A stretch of DNA of 63,371 nucleotides, the filler included, from Octopus bimaculoides (taxonomy: Eukaryota), in assembly GCF_001194135.2 (NCBI RefSeq). It is 3 parts of 3 records of this genome, joined end to end, with 100 filler letters (N's around TTAATTAATTAA, not from the genome) between each part and the next. Parts side by side here need not be neighbours in the genome. Positions count along the whole stretch, not along the records: positions 1 to 27,056 come from NC_069008.1; positions 27,157 to 52,414 come from NC_068986.1; 1 more part is not named here. One strand, 5' to 3'. The notes under the pieces were generated by a model. The model did no database searches and was not told where the DNA came from. It saw nothing but the letters and a program-made list of their open reading frames with translations. Below are positions 22,290 to 33,950 of the stretch, in pieces. Made by a program: the position numbers and the translations under genes. How positions within the stretch are numbered: the first letter of the stretch is position 1; each line of letters begins with the position of its first letter.

Positions 22290-23190
22290 AGTCAAATCTA
22301 AATCTAATTGACTCAATTCGAAGGGCTCTTTTGAGGGCATTCCACCACCGGTTGTTGATAACAGCGCCAGTAAGTGCCCTCTTCACTAACTCCTTAATCT
22401 GGCTACGGTAGGCCTCGCAATCCAATAAAGTCTTGTTCAGCTTCCAGTAGCCAAATCCCTGTCTATGTACCTTATCTATATACACCCTACACGTCACTAA
22501 CTTGTGATCTGTGTAGGGTACGTAGGTAAACTGTGGACAACTAAAGCTATGCTTGTCTCTAGTACTTACGACTATCCTGTCTATATAAGACCTTCCCATT
22601 CCGTCGTTTCTTGCCCAGGTCCACACTGGAATGTTCGGGATGTCAAGTTTATATCGATCTGCCAGCCTGAAACGCTTCAGCAGATCGATGAGGCATGAGT
22701 TTCCCTTTCTATCTTTAGAGCCCACGCTATCCTGGTGCGCATCCAGTATAGCGTTAAAGTCACCTAGTACAGCTACTGTTTTCGATGTCACCAGGAAATT
22801 CTCCAGGCGATGAAAGAAACCGACCCGTTTGCCTGCAATACCAGGCGCGTAGATGCCCACCAGCCTGAAAGCCTTGCCACTGTATGTCAGATCCAGAACG
22901 ACGAACTCACCTTCTGGGTCCACGAAGATTGTACGAGTCTGCATGACTAAGCTTTTACGGATCAAGACAGCCACCCCTCTGCTCCCTCCCTCCCGGCTAG
23001 GAGAAATTATTTTCTCGTAGTCATTCAGGAGGGCAGAGAAGGCTTGCAGCTTGTCCAGTCTAGTCTCTGTAACAACCATCACATCTATGCTATGTGACCT
23101 GAGGTCGTCGAGGAGGCACGCCTGCTTCCACTTCGAGCTCAGGCCACGCACATTTAAGCACGCTATGTTCAACACGGCCATTTGCAACAT
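22290..23190 (-). mobile_element. Tx1/L1-clade LINE ORF2, APE endonuclease domain (3' truncated before RT)
   Basis: LNVRGL, VTET, GVAVL, IYAP, GDFNA, YIDRI, TDHKLV and GYWKLN motifs in an open 312-aa frame. Confidence 0.9.
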
Positions 23191-23344
23191 AGAGGAAAAA
23201 CGGGAACCTACTTACCCTCTCATTGTCTTTCCAGGGGAATGGCTCTCAAGACATTTGAAACCACTTCCCTATTTCCTTCTGTTCCTCCTATGAAGGGTAC
23301 CTCCAAGGAGGGGGATCTCGTTCAAAACGGGGGCACCAGTTTTC

Positions 23345-23822
23345 ATTAATGTTTTATGTAGTGTTTTTGGTACCGAAAGACTTTCAAACTTCGTATACTT
23401 ATCTATTTTGTGTTATAGAACAGAAAAAAATTTTTGTATTTGAATTTATTTCATGTAAAAAATTGTCTTATTTCGATAATTTCAACCAATCACTGACAAG
23501 TATTCAGCTGTTTATACTTGCTCCTTTGGAAGTTTAAGCGGTGTAAAGCGTATTTAATCTCCATTTATNNNNNNNNNNATTTCGTTAACATCTGCCTGAA
23601 CTGTATGTGTACAACATTTGCTTTTTTCATTTTCTTTTACGCGTGTTTATTTCGTTAACATTTGCCTGAACTGTATGAAAGGTTTATTAGCTACTGCCTA
23701 ACCCTAACCCTAACCCTACTGCCAATATGCTTCAGCTATCGTTTGTTTACATAGTCAGCACTTAATAATATCCGGCTGAATGGACGTCAGTCATTGGTTG
23801 AAATTACAGAAATACGACAACT
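23345..23822. mobile_element. Non-autonomous element with 33-bp inverted repeats and a (CCCTAA)3 core
   Basis: Inverted repeats 23465-23497 and 23786-23818 (29/33 match); CCTAACCCTAACCCTAACCCT at 23697-23717; lies between LINE ORF1 and ORF2. Outer limits uncertain. Confidence 0.45.
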
Positions 23823-25270
23823 TTAACATGAAATAACTTGCGATGTACGTTTTTTTGTTAAGAAGACTAAGAGAAAAAGATGTTTTATATGACACATTCT
23901 ACCAGTGTCCCAAGTTTCAAAGTGTTTCGTTAAGAAAATACTGATGCCCCCGTTCTGAACAAGATCTAAGGAGGGTTCAACCGACGGGTCGAATACTTTT
24001 TCGAAATTATCTAGTAAGCTTATGCCCTTGGGATGTAATTTGCTCAGATCAAAAGACAGAGTTCTTGCTACCTTTGCTATGACAGTAGGACTCTGATAAC
24101 CATCATTTTTATAAACCAATGAGTCATTATGTGGTCTAATGACCCCATCTAGATAAATGTCTTTTCTACGGTACGAGACCGTCACTCGATCAACTGGTTT
24201 CGGTATTGTTATAGGGATGTCTAAAAGGGCCATTTTTTCCCTTTGTTCTTCCCTGGTTTGGCTACTTTGGTCTTTGGGGTTTCCTGTTTGTTCGGGGACT
24301 CCATCTTCCTCGTCCTCTTCCTCAAACAAACCTGGTACCTGTCTGTTGGTAGTTGCTTTTCTTCTTCACTGTCAGTGATGATCTCATATGATGCGGTCAC
24401 TCTTGGTTGGATGAACTCCTGGTAACGACCTCCGTGTCCGGGAGTTCACCCTCTTTGGTTGATGTCTTTTTGGTTGTAGCTAAGGGTGCATCTTTAGTTG
24501 GTCTTATAAGTGTTGTAACTTTTTGGGGGTTCACTTTGGTTTTTCGATGATCCCCCCTGGGGCATCCTTCCTTCGACATGAATGGAGATACTTATATCGT
24601 CCATTATTATCGTTTCTGGCAGCTCGTTGTGACTTGCGCCAGGATCTCGAGGGTCTGGCCCCGCCAGTTCTGTGGGCCATCTTTTGTTGTCTCTATAATT
24701 TTTAATTTTTCCTCCCTCTTGTATAGCAGGGTGGCCACGATCCAGCCCACCTCCACCTCCGGAGGGGATGTTTTTAATTTTTATTCGGGACGTCCTACGT
24801 CCCAAATATAGTGGCAGTAATAAAATTTTGCCACATTGCAAGGTTCTTGTCGACAGCTCTCTTGCACGCTCTGTCGAATCGAAGCTTGCTTCAATGGCTG
24901 CTAATCTTATTCCTCTGTTTAGATATTTTATGTGGTTCATTATTGCGCCAAGACATTTCTCTATGCAATTCTCCTCCAAGTGTTCAAATCTCTTGGTCTC
25001 CGTGTTGTAAGTTTTATAGATGATAGTTTTCTCTTTGATTTTATTTTGGAATTCACTTGGAGGTGTTATTCTCGATTCACCGTCCTTTTCTAATATCATT
25101 CCGAAGAATGCCTGGATTTCCTCCACTTTCAATTTTATTTGTTCTCGGCCACCGACGGCCGCAGCAAAATTCATATTTGTGTTTTCTTCCGTGGAAGACA
25201 TTTTTTGAACAAAACAATTTCGTATAACTGAAAAAAATATTTTCAAAAACGGAAACACAGTCCAACAAAG
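23823..25270 (-). mobile_element. Tx1-type LINE ORF1 and 5' end (frameshifted)
   Basis: MSSTEENTNMNFAAAV... and LLLPLYLGRRTSRIKIKNIP resemble Tx1 ORF1; same orientation as, and upstream of, the APE ORF2. Confidence 0.6.
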
Positions 25271-25293
25271 GTTATATAACGAACGTTACATTA

Positions 25294-25321
25294 CGTTGGG
25301 GATTTTTAATATATGTCACCG
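25294..25321 (+). promoter_or_regulatory. Conserved upstream block of ZNF-D
   Basis: CGTTGGGGATTTTTAATATATGTCACCG. Confidence 0.55.
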
Positions 25322-25546
25322 ATATCGTTTACAAAGGGGAAAGAATATCACCGACACCGCCTATTGCAAATGTTGAGCTGAACTAATTATAATGATTCGT
25401 AGTAATTATCTCGTGTCGAGGTGAATGTTAATGGATAAGACAGGGCAACATACATGTTTATGGGTCAGTGTTCCATGACCTTCAGGATTAAATATATCGT
25501 TTGATCACAACCTCACATCGCTAAATGTTTGTTCCCGATTCTACAG

Positions 25547-25642
25547 CGCGGGAAATGGCTTTTAATCGACCACAAATCAATCAATGATCTTTTCTCACTC
25601 ATCTTCATTTTTCATTTAGACTTTATATCAAACATTCTACTG
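25547..25642 (+). promoter_or_regulatory. 5' UTR exon of ZNF-D containing uORF MAFNRPQINQ* (25555-25587)
   Basis: Acceptor TTCTACAG at 25546, donor GTGAGT at 25643, next acceptor TTTTTAAG at 25726 (18 nt before the ATG at 25745). Confidence 0.7.
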
Positions 25643-25744
25643 GTGAGTAGAAAATATAACTTCATTACATTTGCTCCACACATATAAACAGAGGTCTTTG
25701 ATATCAAAGATAAGAAACTTTTTAAGAATTCCTCAAGGATTTCT

Positions 25745-27053
25745 ATGGAGAACGTTAATCACTCGGACACTTGTAAGNNNNNNNNNNNNNNNNNNNNNNN
25801 NNNNNNNNNNNNNNNNNNNNNNNNNNNNNNNNNNNNNNNNNNNNNNNNNNNNNNNNNNNNNNNNNNNNNNNNNNNNNNNNNNNNNNNNNNNNNNNNNNNN
25901 NNNNNNNNNNNNNNNNNNNNNNNNNNNNNNNNNNNNNNNNNNNNNNNNNNNNNNNNNNNNNNNNNNNNNNNNNNNNNNNNNNNNNNNNNNNNNNNNNNNN
26001 NNNNNNNNNNNNNNNNNNNNNNNNNNNNNNNNNNNNNNNNNNNNNNNNNNNNNNNNNNNNNNNNNNNNNNNNNNNNNNNNNNNNNNNNNNNNNNNNNNNN
26101 NNNNNNNNNNNNNNNNNNNNNNNNNNNNNNNNNNNNNNNNNNNNNNNNNNNNNNNNNNNNNNNNNNNNNNNNNNNNNNNNNNNNNNNNNNNNNNNNNNNN
26201 NNNNNNNNNNNTCAGCTGTGAAATATGTGGGAAATGTTTTACCTCTAATGGTATTTTAAAGGGACATAAAAGAATGCATACAGGAGAAAAACCCTTCCAC
26301 TGTGAAATATGTGGGAAATGTTTTACCATTAATAGTACTTTAAAGGTACATAAAAGTATACATACAGGTGAAAAACCCTTCCATTGTGAAATATGTGGGA
26401 AATGTTTTACTGCTAATTATCTTTTACAGATGCATAAACGAATACATACAGGAGAAAAACCCTTCAGCTGTGAAATATGTGGGAAATGTTTTACCTCTAA
26501 TGGTATTTTAAAGGGACATAAAAGAATGCATACAGGAGAAAAACCCTTCCACTGTGAAATATGTGGGGAATGTCTTACCCGTAATAGTGATTTACAGACA
26601 CATAAAAGAATACATACAGGAGAAAAACCCTTCAGCTGTGAAATATGTGGGAAATCATTTGTTTGTAGTAGTGGATTAACAAGACACATATCTGTACATA
26701 CTGGGGAAAGACGTTTCAATTGTGAAATATGTGGGAAATGTTTTACCACTAATAGTAATTTGAAGCGGCATAAAATAATACATACAGGAGAAAAACCCTT
26801 CCACTGTGAAATATGTGGTAAATCATTTGGTTGTAATAGTACATTAACAAGCCACAGACATGTACACACCAGGGAAAAACGTTTCCCTTGTGAAATATGT
26901 GGGAAATGTTTTACCTCTAATAGTCATTTAAAGGAACATAAAAGAATACATACAGGAGAAAAACCCTTCCACTGTGAATTATGTGGGAAAGGTTTTTCCC
27001 GGAGTAGTCATTTAAAGAGACATGAAAGAACACATACAGGAGAAAGAGAGTGA
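25745..27053 (+). CDS. C2H2 zinc-finger protein ZNF-D, at least 10 fingers, interrupted by an assembly gap
   Basis: Start MENVNHSDTCK, N gap 25778-26211, then 10 canonical fingers to TGERE*. The stop is 3 nt from the segment end, so the C-terminus is uncertain. Confidence 0.8.
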
Positions 27054-27056
27054 GAC

Positions 27057-27156
27057 NNNNNNNNNNNNNNNNNNNNNNNNNNNNNNNNNNNNNNNNNNNN
27101 TTAATTAATTAANNNNNNNNNNNNNNNNNNNNNNNNNNNNNNNNNNNNNNNNNNNN
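27057..27156. other. Synthetic scaffold linker (44 N + TTAATTAATTAA + 44 N)
   Basis: Exactly 100 bp with stops in all six frames; identical structure at 52415-52514. Confidence 0.9.
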
Positions 27157-27644
27157 TATATATATGAGTGCCTTTATGCACCACGCGTCCATATTGACAA
27201 CACTTCTCAATGTAAATAACAGTATTCTCTGTTTTAACTGAACCTCCATGCGACGTTGGGGTGTAAATATTGCCATTTGGTGTCAATCCTGCTGCTGTTA
27301 CTATGATATATATATATATATATAGCATTCTTCCGTCCAAGACGACGCATGAGCGTTCATCTCTTGCTGAAAGACCTTACGCAAATGATTCGTTTATAGT
27401 GATCAAATGTTTGGTGCTCACTCTCTCCATCAAATCGACGCTGTCAGAACAATGGTATTGTATACCACTTAAAGTGTGGAAGTAATCGCAGCAGCAGCAG
27501 CAGCGTGAGGTTAAATATTTTACTCAAAATTACAACGCCCCACCCGTTGTAGGGATTGACATCACAAGTACAACATCGTAATTACAAGACGCTGAGCACC
27601 AGACCGTGCATCTTCATAGATATACGTGTAAATAAATATATGCA

Positions 27645-28010
27645 GGCTCACGTGTGGCTGTCAGGTACGTATGCTTCCCAACCACATGATTCCGGGTTCA
27701 GGCCCACTTCGACGCAACATGGGTAGGTGGCTTCTACTGTATCGTTGGGTCAACCAAAGTCTTGTTAGTGGATATGGAAGACGAAAACTGAAATACTCAT
27801 CATATATATGTGTACATATGTTCGTGTCTGTGTTAGTCCCTCCACCATTGCTTGACAACCGACGTTGGTGTGTTTATGTCTTCGTAAACTAGCGGTTTGG
27901 CAAAGGAGACTGATAGAATAAGTACTAAATTTACAAAGAATAAGTCTTGGTGTCGATTTGCTCAACTAAATGCGCCCTCTAGCACTCTAGCATGGCCGCA
28001 GTCAAATGAC
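27645..28010 (+). mobile_element. Older, diverged family A SINE
   Basis: Colinear similarity to 11643-12048 with many substitutions. Confidence 0.75.
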
Positions 28011-29379
28011 TGCTTCTGTAATCCATGGATTATTTTACCAAACGCAAACTTTTGTCTATATAAAACACTGACCTATTTCGAAAAGCATTTTGCTCGTCTA
28101 TTTACCCATTATCATGTTATTATTATATCACATTAACATTTGGGCTGGAGAATCGTCGGACGAAATAGAGAATTGGAAATATCAGAAGGGGAGTGGAAAG
28201 ATAGCCGAATGGATGAAATGATAACAAAATATATATTGAGAGATTAGCATAATTAGTGGAAATTGATTGGCAAGTATCAATATTAGGATAGAAAGACTGA
28301 TCAATATAGGCCCTATAGAATCGCTGATCATCAACATTATTGTTCCCTCGACATTGAAGTCACGTGTCCAAGTGCTCATAGAGTCGGTTACCTGGTTTAA
28401 CTGGCCTGTAAGCGACTGAAATGGCACTGCCACCCGTGAATGGGACGCAGTTTTACTTACAACTGAGTGGACATGGAGCGACATGAAATGTGGTATTTCA
28501 TTCCAAAAAGCAACACAGCCATTGGTCTTGAAACCGAAACCACGTTATTACTATTGTGATAGCAATATGCTAAACATTTAATGCTGTGGCTTCTGAGAAA
28601 ATCGGTGCAGGGGCAGCTAGAATGCTGACAAAATGGCAGAAGTATTAAACTAGCAGAGAAAATACCTGATTAATTATATTAGAATTATTTGGTTCAACAT
28701 TGTCTCTCAACAAAATATGTGAGGTTGTAAAAACATTACAGGACTTTAATGTACATCTCTTACAATTTCGTTGTTTCGTTTGTTGGACAGTGGCCAAACT
28801 GGGGAACCACTTTGGAGGCTTTAATCAAACATTTTGACCTTACTGACATTATACTGGTCTTGTAAATTCCATACTTATTCTATCGGTCTCTTGGGCCGTT
28901 CTGCTATGTTACGGGACGTACATAAATTACCTTATCAGCAAATGGAAAGATCCGTAAAATGGTCTCCAGTTGGTTCACTTATCCAATAATTAGCATTGAT
29001 GGTTCTGCATTGATCTCTAGAGGTAGGCCAGCATTGAGCAAGCACTAACACGATGCAATGCGCCCCACCGTGACCATCTGGCTAATGTACTCTTTTTTTT
29101 AGACCATAGATTTTCAATTGAATATTTGCTTCCTATTTCCAATAGATCGATCGATAAAAATTACCCTCGTTGGTTCAAGTTTTAAAGCTGGTCAGCAACA
29201 ACAAAATAATTCTATGAACAAAGGCAATCCTTCCATGACCATCCTCATTTTTCAGTTATGCGTAGAACTACCTAAAATTGCCTTGTCCTAAGGGTAGAAT
29301 GAAATTTTAAGGATATTTGACTGCTGTTTTTCGCAAATATTTGACTCGTTTGGCTGTGTTGATACTAATGTCTAAAGTG

Positions 29380-30076
29380 GTGGCGGTGATGGAGATTTTG
29401 TGGGTGTGGGTGTTATTCTTGTGTTGCCGATGTTCGTAGTGATGCTCGAGTCTCAGCTGAGAGAGGGGATAGCTGTGACGGTGATGGTGGTGGTTTCTGG
29501 CGCTGGTAGTGGTAATGGTGGCGGTGTTATAGGTGACGGCTTTAAAGTTTTTGGTGCTGTTTGGGGTGGAGATGATATAGGGATCGAGGTTAGTGGGGTA
29601 GCTGCAGTTGTTGTTGGTGTTGTTGTTGTTAGTGGTTGCGGTGGTGGTGATGGTGATGGTGGAGGTGGTGGTAAGAGTTGAGGGTGTTGTGATGATGTTG
29701 TTGAGTGCAGTAAGTGTTGATGGCGTGAGGTGGTGGTAGACAGCAATGGTATTGTAAGTGATGGTAGAGATGTGCAGGGTGGTATCGGTGGAGGCGTTTC
29801 GATCGGAGATGGTTCGTGTGGGTGGTGGTGGTGTCGGTGTTGATTGGATCAATATTCTTCGAGCTACAGAACTGCAAGGTTTGTTGTTCAATCAACTGCA
29901 TTTGCTGCAACTGCAGCTAGTGCTGCTGTTACGACCAGTACTGCAGCTACTTGCTGTCACTGGTGATGTTGGCTTTGATGTTTACGACCTTGCCGCTGCT
30001 GCTGCTGCTACTGGTGCAGCTGTTCTATTGTTGTTCTGGTGCCGTCTTTAAGTGCTACTGCTACTGTTGCTGCTGC

Positions 30077-30121
<45 letters not shown>

Positions 30122-32107
30122 CGATGACGACGACGATGATGATGATGATGATGATGGTGGTGATGATGATGATGATGATGATGGTGATGATGGTGATGAT
30201 GACGATGATGATAATGATGATGATGGTGATGATGATGATGATGATGTTGATGATGATGATGATGATGACGATGATGACGATGATGCTGATGATGATAATG
30301 GTACCGCATCCTGGTACTTCTACTACTCCTGAGAATTTTTTTTTATTTTTCATAGTTGTCTTTTTTTTATGTTGTTTTCATTCGTGATAGTTGTGCTTTT
30401 GATGGAAGTGCACTTACTGCTCATATTGTTGTTGCTGCTGTTGTAGTTGTTGCTGTTGTTGGTTAAAGCCTACCTAGGTGTGCTGTTGATGTACAGTGAA
30501 ATAGACGTGGTGACGACGATGTTGAGGGCGGTGCTGATTGCTGTCGCTGTTGTTGTTGTTGTTGTTGTTTAAATCGTACCTGGCTGATATGGATATCGAT
30601 GGCGGAGGGATGCAGAGATGGTAACGTTTAGTCGCGGAGTGATTGTGCACTTATTGCAGTTGTTGTTAATTTTGTTGTTGCTGGTGGTCGTAGTGGCGTT
30701 GTTCCTGTAGGTGGTGTTGGTGGTGTAGTTGTTGGTGGTGGCGGTAGTGTTGATGGTAGTGTTGTTGTTGTTGGTGGTGGTGCTCGTGTTTGTTGTTGTT
30801 GTTGTGGTGGTGGTAGTGGTTTTGTTGGTGTTGGTGGTGGTGGTGGTGTTGGTGTTGTAGGTGGTGGTGGTAGTGGTGGTTTTGTTGGTGTCGGTGGTGG
30901 CGTTGATGGTAGTGTTGTTGTTGTTGTTGGTGGTGGTGGTGCTGGTGTTTGTTGTTGTGGTGGTGGTGGTGTTATTGTTGGTGGGTTTGATAGTGTCGGT
31001 GGTGGCGTTGCTGGTGGTGTTGGTGGTGGTGCTGGTGGTGCCATTGGTTGTGGTGGTGGTGGTGGTGGCGGTGGAAGTGGTGGTGGAAGTAGTAGTGTTC
31101 GTTCTGTTGTTACCGTTGTTCTTTTTATTGTTCCGTCTGTTGCTTGGGATTTTCAGACCTGAATTATTTTTTAACTTTTACTTTTACATGTTTCAGTCAT
31201 CAGAGAGTGGCCATGCTGGAGCACCGCACACACTTACAACCGATGTTCTTGCTTCTGTTGTTGTTGCTAACAGTTTTCATTTGAGAAAGATCATTTAATT
31301 CTTCTTGCTGTTGTTGACGTCATCACCATCATCACCATCATCATCATCAGCTTCATCATTAGTGTTATTGTTGTTGTCGTTGTTTCTACGCTAAACTTTT
31401 CTGCCACGCCACCTCTCGCTCCCCGTTCAAATTCCTCCAACGTCCACTTTGCCTTTCATCCTTTCGTGGTCGATAAATTAGGTACCAATGAGACACTGGT
31501 GTCGATGTAATCGACTGGCCACCTCCCCCGAATTTCAGACCTAGTGTCTATAGTAGAAGGGATTATTATTATTTTCATCATCGTCATCATCATCAAGGTA
31601 GCAGTTTTGCAGAATCATGAACACACCGGACAAAATGCTTGACGGCATCTCGTCCGGCTTTACATTCAGGGCTCAAACTCCACCGAGCTTGTCATTGCCT
31701 TTTACCTTTTCGTAGTTGTTAAAATAAGCACCAGCGAAGAACTGCGATTCATGTAATCGACTTGCCCCTCCCTTCAAAAACTGTTGGCCCTTTACCAAAA
31801 TGGGAAACCATTCTTATTGTTGTTTTAGTTAATATTCTTGCTTTTGTTATTCTTGCTATTGCTGCTGCTGCTGTTGTGGTTGTTGTTGTTGTTGCTGCTG
31901 CTGCTGTTGGCGCAGGTGGTGGGTGATATTTCACCGATCGTAGTCACAGCAGTGTTGTTGGTCTTAGATTGGTGCTGTCGACGGCTGCGTCGCTAGTCAC
32001 GTCGGACATGCGCTGGTATGGTTGTTTCTTTGCCAGTGTTGCTAATGCTGGTGTTGATGCTAGAGGTTGCATCAGTAGTAGTAGTAATAGTAATAGTAGT
32101 AGTAGCG

Positions 32108-32168
<61 letters not shown>

Positions 32169-32210
32169 GATGTTGTGGTTGTGGTTGTGGTGGTGGTAAC
32201 ACAGCTTTTG
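29380..32210. repeat. Trinucleotide microsatellite mosaic ((GGT)n, (GTT)n, (GCT)n, (GAT)n, (AGT)n) with two family B SINE remnants at about 31440-31810
   Basis: Long (GAT)n at about 30077-30300, (GGT/GTT) at 30400-31100 and (AGT)n at 32070-32166. Confidence 0.9.
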
Positions 32211-33419
32211 TTTCTGCTTGTTGTGGTTTAAACAGGATTACAGTATTGATATAGCTGAAATATTGAAGACTGACAGCTTTCAAATATTATAATGATTTTT
32301 GCTTTTAATGTAACAAAATGTAGGAGAAAAGGTTGAAGCTGCGCTGTTTTGCAGAGTGTAATAATGTAGTTTAATGGTGTATTGTATAATGTTCTGACTG
32401 TATTATAATAAAATAGACCGCTGTGTATGTAATATGCAGTGTATTTTTACTCCAGTCTAAACAGTAATAGAGACTAGACTGTTATACAGCTAAGTGTATT
32501 GCAGAGGAGGTCTTGTGGTGTAGTATTATGCAAAAGTATGGTGTAGTGGTAAAATGTAATGGAATACAATGCATTGTCGTCAAATAAACTATTGTGGTGT
32601 CGTGCGGGATTGTATCAGATGTTGTGTAATACTGTACAGTGTATATTGTAGTAGAGACGTGAATTTGGTGTAGTTAAGTGTGTTTTACAGCAGTGTATTG
32701 TAATGTAATAATTGCAGTACGGTGGACCGGTGGATGGAAGGCAGAATGTCTTAGTCGAATTGAATGATATGGTGGTGGTGGTGGGTGCATTGTGAAATAT
32801 ATTATAGTGGTGTCGACCCCCAGTCTATTGCAATAGAATCGAGGGATATCCTGCTACAATATATTATATTCGCAGTAAACCCAATATCGATCAAACAATC
32901 AGACGCCCTTATACATCGCTGATCACAATGCGTTTCCGTTTCTATATTGATTGTGATATTCGTTTCTATCTTCACCCAAATTACTTAACTAGAACGCCTT
33001 CGTCGTGCAGGCCTTTTCAGTGACCTTTTTCTGATCCTTTGAATACCACTCAGTAACTGCTTGGGTCGAACTGATGTCTGTGAACCTCGTGAAAGATCCG
33101 GCTCAGTGGATAATTCACGTCGTTCATGTCGTTCACTCAACACCGTACTTCAAATTATTTCATTTTAATTATGTCCTTGTACTGATATGATTTGTATGGC
33201 CATTTCCATGGTCCTTTGCGTTGTAGATAATCGTACTTTTATTCTTTTCGAATATGTCCCTCTCTCACCTATGCATAAAACCTTAGGAGGGTAGTGCAAT
33301 AAAAGAGTCAGACACGTGTGGTATTGTCTCTCTTTGATTTGAACATATCGTTGATTGAGATAAATGACTTCCCATTTTGCCCTTATTAGGGAGGTGAAAT
33401 GTAGCAGAGTCTATTCGTT

Positions 33420-33950
33420 TCTACTCTAGGCACAAGACCCGAAGTTTATGAAGAAGGTGCTAGTCGATTAGATCGAACCTAGTACGTAACTGGTACTTAG
33501 TTTATCGACCCCGAAAGGATGAAAGTCAAAGTCGACTTCGGCGGAATTTGAACTCAGAACGTAACGGCAGACGAAATGCTGCTAAGCATTTCGCCTGGCT
33601 TGCTAAAGTTTCTGCCACCTTTTTAGGAGAATCTTGTTAACAGAAACGTTAACACGTTTTTGTTAGCAATACACATACACATTCATAACAAACACATAGG
33701 AGGTAGTAGAAACGTGTTAGCGTTTCTTATTTCTTTACTGCCCACAAGGGGCTAAACATAAAGGAGACAAACAAGGACAGACAAAGAGATTAAGTCGATT
33801 AAATCGACCCCAGTGCGTAACTGGTACATAATTTATCGACCCCAAAATGATGAAGTCAAAGTGGACCTCGGCGGAATTTGAACTCAGAACGTAAAGACAA
33901 ACGAAATATCGCTAAGCATTTCGTCCGGCGTGTTAACGTTTCTGCCAGCT
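33420..33950 (-). mobile_element. Two tandem family B SINEs (about 33420-33620 and 33720-33950)
   Basis: Both contain GGCGGAATTTGAACTCAGAACGTAA and CTAAGCATTTCG; their 3' tails differ. Confidence 0.8.

Noticed and set aside
3114-26869. Many alternative-frame and antisense ORFs over the ZNF genes (e.g. VKHFPHISQWKGFSPVC repeats)
   Set aside because: Expected by-products of 84-bp periodic finger repeats; no independent start, splice or homology support.
27101-27112. TTAATTAATTAA island as a biological motif
   Set aside because: Synthetic linker centred in exactly 100 bp, present twice.
29307-32283. Pro/Thr/His/Asp-rich ORFs resembling mucin or extensin genes
   Set aside because: Trinucleotide mosaics open in several frames on both strands, with interspersed stops and no splice or domain evidence.
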